From positions 124,001 through 188,000 of the forward strand of contig JABVCE010000025.1 of assembly GCA_014905635.1 (NCBI GenBank): a stretch of DNA of 64,000 nucleotides, given 5' to 3'. Shown here in pieces: positions 56,124 to 64,000 of this stretch. Under the pieces are notes generated by a model. That model was not told the DNA's origin. It did not search any database and saw only the letters and a program-made list of their open reading frames with translations. Made by a program: the position numbers and the translations under genes. Position 1 is the stretch's first letter, and each line of letters begins with the position of its first letter. Origin of the DNA: Scenedesmus sp. PABB004 (taxonomy: Eukaryota).

Positions 56124-58792
56124 GGGCGCCGCAGATGTTCCTGGACGACGACCTGCCCGTGTGGGGCTTCCTGGGCAAGACCGAGCGCGCGTCGTCGACG
56201 GCCGGCGGCGCCGCGGGCGGCGGCGCGGGCGGCGGCGTGCGGACGTACCTGTTCACCCACTTTCACTTTGACATCGCGTACAACGGGCCCCACGTGATCG
56301 AGGTCAACGTCTCCACGAGCGCCGGCGACGCGGCGCGCACGCGCGACATCACCGACGCGGACTCGCTCGACGCGGCGTTCAGCTACAGCGTCAAGTGGCG
56401 CCCGACCGGCGTCGACTTTGACGACCGCATGGACCGCTACAGCCGCAACTCCTTCCTGCCGCAGCACCTCGAGGTCGGCGCGCCGCGCGCGGGCATGGCC
56501 GGGCCGGGCCCGGCCCTGCCGCCGCGCGGGGCGGGCGGCGCCGCGCGCCGCCCCTCGCCGGCCGCCCACTCGCCACGCACGCCGCGCACGCGCGCGCCGC
56601 CGCCACCGCCCCCCTGCCTCCCCCCTTAATCTCTTGATCAGATCCACTGGTTCTCCATCATCAACAGCTGCGTGACGGTGCTGCTGCTGACCGGCTTCCT
56701 GACCACCATCCTGCTGCGCGTGCTGAAGAACGACTTCCTCAAGTACAACACCCGCGACGACGAGGCGGGCGAGGCGGAGGACGAGACGGGCTGGAAGTAC
56801 CTACACGGCGACGTCTTCAGGCGCGGCAGGGCGCGCGGGGCGTGCCAGCACGCGCCGCGCAGCGCACAGCACGCGCAGCGCACCGCACAGCAACGCGCAG
56901 CATGCGCCGCGCCGGCCCGCCGCTCATGCCGCGCCGCGCCGCGCCGCGCCGCTTGCCGCGTGCTGGGCCGCAGGTTCCCGCCGCAGGTCAACCTCTTTGC
57001 CGCGATGGTCGGCGCGGGGACGCAGATCACGGTCATCGCCGTGTCGGTGCTGGCCCTGGCCCTGGTGGGCACGTTCTACCCCTACAACCGCGGCGCGATG
57101 CTCTCCGCGTGCGTGGTGCTCTACGCGCTCACCGCGGGCGTGTCGGGTGGGTTGCGGGCGGGGCGGGGGGAGGGGCCGCCGCGCGCCGCGCGCTGTGCGC
57201 GCTGCCCGCCACGCCCCGCGCCGCGCCGCCCACGCGCTACCTCGCGCCGCCGCCGCACACCGCCACCACCACACCCACGCTCAGGCTACACGTCTGGCGT
57301 GTGGTACAAGATGATGGGCGGCCGCGCCTGGATCTCCAACGTGCTGCTCGTGTCGGTGCTCTTCTGCGGCCCCCTGCTCGCCGTGTTCAGCGTGCTCAAC
57401 ACCATCGCCTGGGTGCAGGGCTCCACGCAGGCGCGCGCCCACCGCCGCGCGCGCGCCACACCCGCACCGCGGCGCCAGCGCCGCCGCGCCGCGCTGTGTG
57501 ACCGCCGCCGCCGCCGCGCCCGCCGCCGCTGCCAGGCGCTGCCGTTTGGGACGATCGTCATCATCATCGTCATCTGGGCCCTGGTCACCTTCCCGCTCAC
57601 CGTGCTGGGCGGCATCGCCGCCAAGAACAGCGCGCACGAGTTCCAGGCGCCCTGCAGGCGCGCGCGGCCGCACGCGCGCGCGCGCGCGCGCGCGCGCGCC
57701 CTGCCCGTGCTGCGCCCTCCCGCGCGCGGGCCCTGCCCATGCGCCGCCCTCCCGCTGAGCGCGCGCGCGCGCGCGTCGCCGCTTGCAGGACGACCAAGTT
57801 CCCGCGCGAGGTGCCGCCGCTGCCGTGGTACCGCGAGGCGCCGGCGCAGATGGTCATGGCCGGCTTCCTGCCCTTCAGCGCGATCTACATCGAGCTCTAC
57901 TACATCTTCGCAAGCATATGGGGCCACAAGGCGCGGCGGCGCTGGGCGCGCTGGCCGCGCTGGGCGCGCTGGCCGCCGTCCGCGGCCGCCGCGCCCGGTC
58001 AAAAGCGCCCCGCCCGGGGCCCCGCCCCTCGGGCCTCGCCCGCTGGCTCGCGCACTCAGCTAGCTCGCTCACTCACTCGGCCCGCTCACTCACGCGCTCT
58101 CCCGCCCGCCCGCCCGCGCCCCTTCTCTCTCCCTCCTCCTGCAGCTGTACACCATCTACTCCATCCTGTGCATCGTGTTCATCATCCTCATCATAGTGAC
58201 CGCGTTCATCACCGTCGCGCTGACCTACTTCCAGCTCGCGGCAGAGGACCACCGCTGGTGGTGGCGCGCGTTCCTCTGCGGTGCGGCGCCGCCGCCGCCG
58301 GCGGCGGCAGCGCCCCTCTCGCCGCTCACCGCCGCCGTGCGCGCCCCGGCCGTGCCCACTGACACGCCCACGCCCCGCCCCGCTCGCCGCGTTCGGCGCT
58401 GCTGCTGCTGTCTCGCGCAGGCGGGTCGACCGCGCTGTTTGTGCTGGGCTACTGCATCTTCTACTACCACTACCGGTGTGTGCGCCCGCGCGCGCGCGCG
58501 AGCCCCAACCGGGCCCGGCGGCGCGGCCGCAGCAGCCCGGCGCTGCGCTCGGGCGCGCGCCGCGCGCGCGCCCCCAGCCAGCGGCGGCGGCGTGACGCAC
58601 GCCGCTGACGCGCGCCGGCGCGGCCGCCGCGGGCACCGCAGGAGCGAGATGCACGGCCTGCTGCAGACGGCCTTCTTCTTTGGCTACAACGGCATCGTCT
58701 GCTTTGCCTTCTTCCTCATGCTCGGGAGTATAGGCTGGCGCGCGAGCCTGCTGTTCGTGCGCAGCATCTACAAGGCCATCAAGTGCGAGTGA
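55505..58792 (+). CDS. Transmembrane 9 superfamily (EMP70/TM9SF) protein, 11 exons
   Basis: Signal peptide; [74 protein letters not shown], and C-terminal IYKAIKCE* (KxD/E motif). Confidence 0.96.
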
Positions 58793-58972
58793 GGCCGGGC
58801 GCGTGGTGCGGGCGGTGCGGTACGGGCGCGCGGCGCGCGGGCCGCGCGGCGGCGGCAACCACGCCACGCGGCTCCCCGGACGCTGAGCCCGCGCGCCGCG
58901 CCGCCAGAGCAGCCCGCGACAACGGGCCCCGGCGTGTGGGCGGCGCAGCTGCCTGCGCGCGGCCTGCGGCGA

Positions 58973-58977
58973 TTACA
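58973..58977 (-). promoter_or_regulatory. TGTAA polyadenylation signal of the Kelch/FN3 gene
   Basis: TTACA on the + strand, about 57 nt past the stop at 59034. Confidence 0.6.
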
Positions 58978-59033
58978 GCCGCAGCGTGGCCGCGCGGGTC
59001 GCACGCGGGCACGCGGCTCGCTCGCGCCGGCCG

Positions 59034-62000
59034 TCAGCCGCGCGTGCTGTACGCGTGCGATTCGCTCCAAGCAAACGACCCGTCGTCGTAGGTCGCCTTT
59101 ACGCAGCAGATCACCTCGGTGCCAGGGCGCAGCCCGCCCACGACGCGGCTCAGCGCGCGGCCCGAGTACGCCTCGCGCGCCACGCCTGCGCGCGCGCCCG
59201 GGCGGCAGCAGCCGGGCTGGCCGCCCACGCCCCGCGAGCCTGCATGCACCGCGCGCGGCAGCGGGGGCGGGCGCGCTGCAGCGGGGGGCGGGCGCACCTC
59301 GCGAGGCGACCATGAGCTTGTACGACGTGATGCGCTCGCTATTCTTGCTCGGCGGCCGCCACGCGACCTCCACGCTGCTCGCGGTCACCGCGCGCGCGTC
59401 GGGCAGCAGCTCCAGCCGCTCCACCTGCCCCGCGGCGGCGGCGCGAGCCGACTGTGGGGCCGCCGGACCGCAGCCGAGGCTCTTGGCTCGGCGCGTGCAG
59501 CGCAGCACGCGCAGCGGCGCGCGCGCCTGCTCGTCGCGGCGCCTGCCAGCCGCGGCGAGGCGCGCAATGTCCTCCGGCAGCGTCAGCTCCGTGATCATCA
59601 CCTCGTCCAGCTGCTCGTGCACGTTGGGCAGGAGCGTGTAGAGGCGGCTGCCGTGCACCGCCGTCGCACACGAGCTCTGCGCAGCCGGGCGGCGGTCGGT
59701 GCAGCTTGCAGCACACAGCACGCGCTCCGGCCGCCCGCTCGCCGCCGCGCGCGCGCTGCGCGCCTGCTTGAGCCACACCAGGCCCTTGGCCCACTCGCCG
59801 TCGTCCAGCTGCTCCCACGCGGGACCGTCAAAGATGCTGAGCACGTGCGTGTCGGTCAGCCGCCGCCCGCCGCCGGCGCCACCGTCGCCGCCGTCGCCGC
59901 CGTCGGCCGCGCCGCTGCCGGGCGCCTGCAGCTGTGCCGCCGGCGCGGGCGCCGCGGCGCCGCAGCCGCCGCTGACCACGAGGTACTTGCCGCCAAGGAC
60001 CGCCGCGGCGTGGCCCTCGCGCGGCTCCGGCGCCACACCACTCGGCGTGACGGCGCTCCAGACCAGTCTCTCCACGTCAAGGTAGTGCACGTCGTTCTGC
60101 GGCGACCCCCACACGCGGCGGCGGGGGTTGGCGCCCGGCGGCTGCACGTGTGCACACGCACGGCGGCACAGGGCCCGCGCCGCCCCGCGCGTGCGTGCGC
60201 GTGCGTGCGCCGGCGCGTGGTCATGCCGCACCAGGTGCCGCCGGCCGTCGTGGCCGCCGACGAGGTACAGCCGGCGCCCGTCGTCGGTCGCGCACAGCGA
60301 CGCGCCCTTGCGCGGCGACGGCACGGCGCCGCTGGCGCTGTGGCAGCTGAGGTGGCTCCACACGCCGCTCTCGAGGTCCAGCGACCACACGTCGTTCAGC
60401 AGCAGCCCCGCGTAGCTCATGCCGCCGAAGACCAGGACCTGCGCGCCGCGGCCGCGGTGCTCGCGCTCGGGTGCAAGCCACCCACGCGGCCGGGCACCGC
60501 CGGCCGGCGGCGCAGCTGGTCCTGTCTCGCACCTTGTCGCGCAGCGCCGCCGCGGCGTGGCAGAGCCGCGGCGACGGCTGGCTGGGGCCGGACGAGGCGA
60601 CGGCGGTCCAGCGCACGTGCTGCGCCGCGCACGCGTCGGGCAGCACCATCGCGGCCGACGTCGCCTCGTCGCCGGTGCTGCCACCAAAGACCAGCAGCTT
60701 GCGGCCCCCGACCGCCGTCGCGGTGTGGCCGAGCAGCGGCGCCGGCTGCGTCGCGGCGGCGCCGTCCGGCTGCTCCCAGGTCAGCGTGTCCAGGCTGAGC
60801 ACCGCCGTCTCGCGCGCCACGCCCTCGTGGCTGCGCGACTGGCCGCCGTGCAGCACGAGCTGCTTGCCGCCTGCGGGCGGGCGGCGACAGGCACGGCGGC
60901 CGCCAGCGCGCAAGGCTCAGCGGGGCGGCCGCGCGCCGCCACCCAGCTGCCGCGCGGCCGCCAGTGCACACGTGTGCGCACGCACGCGCACGCCCCACCT
61001 GCCAGCGCCGCCAGGGCGTTGAACTCGCGGTCGTGCGGCACCGAGCCCTTGAGGCGGTGGCGGCTCGTCGCCACGAGCCACGGCTCGCCAAAGAGTATGC
61101 GCAGCTGCGTCGCGGCCTGGCAGCGCATGCTCAGCTCCGCGATCTCTGACCTGCGCAGCCGCGGCCGCGGGCGCGGCGGTGCTTCAGGCTGCCGTGGCGT
61201 GCCGCTGGTCAGCAGCGGTCAACAGCCGCCGCCGCTCGGGCGGCTGCCGCCCACAGTCGCGCAGCCGCGCACCGAGCCTTGTCCAGCGCCGCGTCCTTGG
61301 CGTCCAGGTGGGCCCTCGCGACGCGGAGCTCGGTGCCTCTGCTCTCGATCAGCGCGTGCTGCTCCTTCACGGCCGCCTCCAGCCGCTCCTTGTCCTGCAG
61401 CAGCCCCGCCGCGTCGTCCAGCTGCGCCGCCTGCGCGGCGTTGGCCTCCTGCAGGCGGGGCGGGGGGCGGGTCGCGCGCCGCGCCCCCGGGCGCGCGCGG
61501 CGCTCTGCCGGCCGGCGCGCGTGCGCGCGCGCCTTGAGCCGCGCGATCTCAGCGACGCCGCCCGCGAGCTCGGCCTGCAGCCGCTCGAGCTGCTGCGCCA
61601 GCGCCGCGCCGCGCGCGTCCGCCGCTCGGGCCTGCTCCTGGCGGAACGCCAGTATGTCCTGGCAGTCGTGCGTCGCCGCCGCGATGCGCGCCTTGCAGGC
61701 CGCCACGTCTGCCAGCAAGCGCTCGTTCTCCGCCTTGAGCTGCCGCGCCTTGTCCACCATCATGGCGTGCCCCAGCTCCAGGTCCTGGTTTGCGGCGGCC
61801 AGCGCCGCGAGCTCCGACGCCAGCCCGGGCCTGCGGCGGCGCCGCGCGGCGGGCGGCGTCGCGCGGCTGCCCGCCGCCGCGTGCCGCTGCGCCTGCATCA
61901 CGCGGCTGCCCGCCGCCGCGCCCCGCGTCACGCGGCTGGCCGCGTGCCGCGCCCCGCGTCGCGCGGCTGCCCCGGCGCCGCGTGCCGCCGCGCCCCGCGC

Positions 62001-62057
62001 TGCGGCGGCCGCGCACTCGGGGGCCTGCTCGGCCTTGTCCGGCTTCTTCGGCGGCAT
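59034..62057 (-). CDS. Coiled-coil plus Kelch-repeat plus C-terminal fibronectin type III protein, 10 exons
   Basis: ATG 62057 MPPKKPDK; the coiled coil splices in frame (DKAR|SEIAELSMR) to Kelch blades (LVLHGG, LLVFGG, VLVFGG, LYLVGG, LVVSGG) and FN3 (SVEVAWRPP...ITSYKL...GLRPGTE...VKA). Confidence 0.8.
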
Positions 62058-62279
62058 GGCAGCTCGCGCAGCTGGGCGGCGCTTGACTGCTGGTCTCTGG
62101 CTCGCCTGGGCGTCCGGGCGCCTGGGCGGTTGTACGGTGGCGAGTACCAGACCCCACGAGTTTATTGAAGGCAGCCTGGGGTGGTTTCATGGTGGCCGCG
62201 GTTGTGCGCTGCTGCGCCGCCGCCGGGCGCGAGAGCGCTCTGTGCTCCCGCACAGCGCTCGGCACCCCACAGGCCCGCC

Positions 62280-63184
62280 ATGGCTGCGTCAGGCGTCCAC
62301 GTCAGACGGCTACGAGCGCTGCTGCTCGCGTTCGCGGCAGCGGCGGCAGCAGCGGCGCCGCTCGAGCCCGAGCGCGGCTTGATTCCTTACGCCGATGGCT
62401 CGCTGGCCTACCTGGCCCGTGGCCCGCAGCACGCAAGTGAGCTCCCGGACGCAGCAGCTGCCGGCGCCGCCGCCGGGGCCGCGGGTGCTGGCCGCGGCGC
62501 CAACCGCTGCTGCTGCCGCAGACGTGACCGTGGTGCTGCTCCACGGCGCCCGCTTCACCTCAGCCGTGTGGGAGGAGACTGGCACGCTGCAGGCGCTCGG
62601 CGCGCGCGGCTGGCGAGCAGTCGCCGTCGACCTGCCAGGTGCGATGACCGCGGCCGCGCAGCTCGCGCCGCCCGCGCCGCCCAGCGAGCACGCGCGCGCG
62701 CCGCGCAGGCTGCGGGCAGAGCAAGCAGCTGGCGTACATCGACGACAACGCCGCCGCCGAGGTGGTCGCGGCGGTGCTCGACCACGCGGCCGGCGGCGGG
62801 GCGCGGGCGCACGGGGGCGTGCGCGTGCTCGTGTCGCCCTCGCTGAGCGGCGTGTTGGCACTGCGCTACATCGAGCACTACGGCCACGCCCTGCGGGGCT
62901 GGGTGCCGGTGGCGCCCGTGGGCGTGGCCGCCTGGCGCGGCCCCGGCGGCGCCGCCGCGGCGGGGGTGTCAGTGCTCGCGGTCGTCGGGGCGCGCGACGC
63001 CGACGCGCACCGCAGAAGCGGCGCGCTGCTGGTCAGCACGTTCCACCGCGCGCGCCTGGTGGTGCTGCAGGGCGCGGGCCACGCCGCGTACCGAGACGCG
63101 CCGGGGCCGTTCAACGAGGCGCTGCTGGAGTTTGTGGGCAGCCTCGCGGACGAAGAGGCCGCAGCGCTGATGACGCAACGCTGA
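62280..63184 (+). CDS. ABHD14: ABHD14-type alpha/beta hydrolase with signal peptide, 3 exons
   Basis: VVLLHGARFTSAVW, GTLQAL, AVAVDLPG, non-canonical nucleophile VSPSLSG, GWVPVAP, GARD, GAGHAAY. Introns 62437..62521 and 62639..62708. Confidence 0.88.
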
Positions 63185-63388
63185 TGACCGCGCTTGGTTA
63201 CCGCGCTGCTGCTCGCCCGCTCGCGCCGCCCCGGCCGCACAGGGGCGCGGCACGGGAGACGCGCAAGCGACGGCAGGCGGACCGGTCGCACCGCCCCCCC
63301 CCCCTCCCCCGTTGCCCGCCGGTCAGGCCCCCAAGCGATGCTGCGTCGCCGCCCAGCATCCTGCCGCTGCGCCCGCCGCCGCGCCGCG

Positions 63389-64000
63389 TCACTTACTGAC
63401 CGCCGCCTGCAGCATGGTGACCACCTCCGGCTTCTCGGCCAGCTGCAGCGGGCTGCGGCCGTCGCTGTCGGTGACGTTGACGTTTGCGCCCGCCGCCAGC
63501 AGCTCCTCCACCTTGGGCGCGTCGTTTTCGCTGCTCGCCATCAGCAGCAGCACGTCCACCGGGTCCAGGCCTGCGCGGCCGCGCGCGAGCGCGCGCGTGT
63601 GAGTGTGTGCGCTCGAGCGCGCGGCGGCGGCGGCCGGCCGGCGGCCCGCGGGTGCGCGCCGGCCCGCCGGCGGCCGCGGCCTGCCCGCGCCGCCGCGGGC
63701 TCTCACCCGAGCCCAGCATGGCCTCCATGCGGTCGTAGGTGCCCTCCACGGCGAGCATGCCCATGTAGTTGAAGTAGTGCTCGACGTCGTCGGCGCTGTA
63801 GTCCTCGCGCCCCTGGCTGCCGTAGATGCCGGCGTCCTTGGAGTCGGTGCGCATCTTGTTGAAGTTGAAGAACGCCGCACGCACGTCCCGAGCCGGCGCG
63901 CGGCCCGCCCGGGCGAGGGCCGGCCGGGCTGCTGCTGCTGCTCTCGCCGGCCGCGGCGCGCAGCGCGCGGCGGCGCTGCCGGCCCGAGCCAGGACCAGGG
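63389..64000 (-). CDS. LTD: LHCP translocation defect (LTD/GDC1) ankyrin protein, chloroplast; 5' end outside the window
   Basis: AGIYGSQGREDYSADDVEHYFNYMGMLAVEGTYDRMEAML|GLDPVDVLLLMASSENDAPKVEELLAAGA; one GT-AG intron; TAA near 63391. Confidence 0.93.
   Translation of the reverse strand, partial: PWSWLGPAAPPRAARRGRREQQQQPGRPSPGRAARRLGTCVRRSSTSTRCAPTPRTPASTAARGARTTAPTTSSTTSTTWACSPWRAPTTAWRPCWARVRARGGAGRPRPPAGRRAPAGRRPAAAAARSSAHTHTRALARGRAGLDPVDVLLLMASSENDAPKVEELLAAGANVNVTDSDGRSPLQLAEKPEVVTMLQAAVSK

Noticed and set aside
1..64000. Hundreds of long overlapping Arg/Ala/Pro/Gly-rich ORFs on both strands
   Set aside because: Expected from stop-codon scarcity at very high GC. They are antisense or off-frame shadows and intron read-through of the spliced genes.
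1..64000. Alternative genetic code or stop-codon readthrough
   Set aside because: No in-frame stops seen inside conserved exons; genes end at TGA, TAG or TAA at the expected C-termini.

Overview
Eukaryotic nuclear DNA from an extremely GC-rich green alga (about 80% GC by eye, not computed). Chlorophyte is inferred from the Chlamydomonas-like dynein, plastid-targeted genes and TGTAA poly(A) signals; Sphaeropleales is plausible. The supplied ORF track is mostly spurious because the genes are broken by many short (about 70-240 nt) GC-rich introns. Manual splicing gives 16 tightly packed genes, in order: a small membrane protein (partial), an EXECUTER-like protein, a D-2-hydroxyacid dehydrogenase, a complete 21.6-kb flagellar inner-arm I1/f dynein 1-beta heavy chain (about 66 exons), a tandem-Dabb protein, MiaB, a plastid coiled-coil protein, Nup54, a PES/ELT-type lipase-acyltransferase, eIF3h, OST3/6, a giant USP53/54-type deubiquitinase, TM9SF, a coiled-coil/Kelch/FN3 protein, ABHD14 and LTD (partial). 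The most striking signal is in the splicing: about 36 of about 136 hand-inferred introns (roughly a quarter) use GC rather than GT donors, always after exonic CAG or AAG. Second is the USP gene, which carries candidate stress-granule motifs and three apparent frameshifts at G runs. No rRNA, tRNA, CRISPR array or transposase was recognised. All gene models are manual and lack transcript support.
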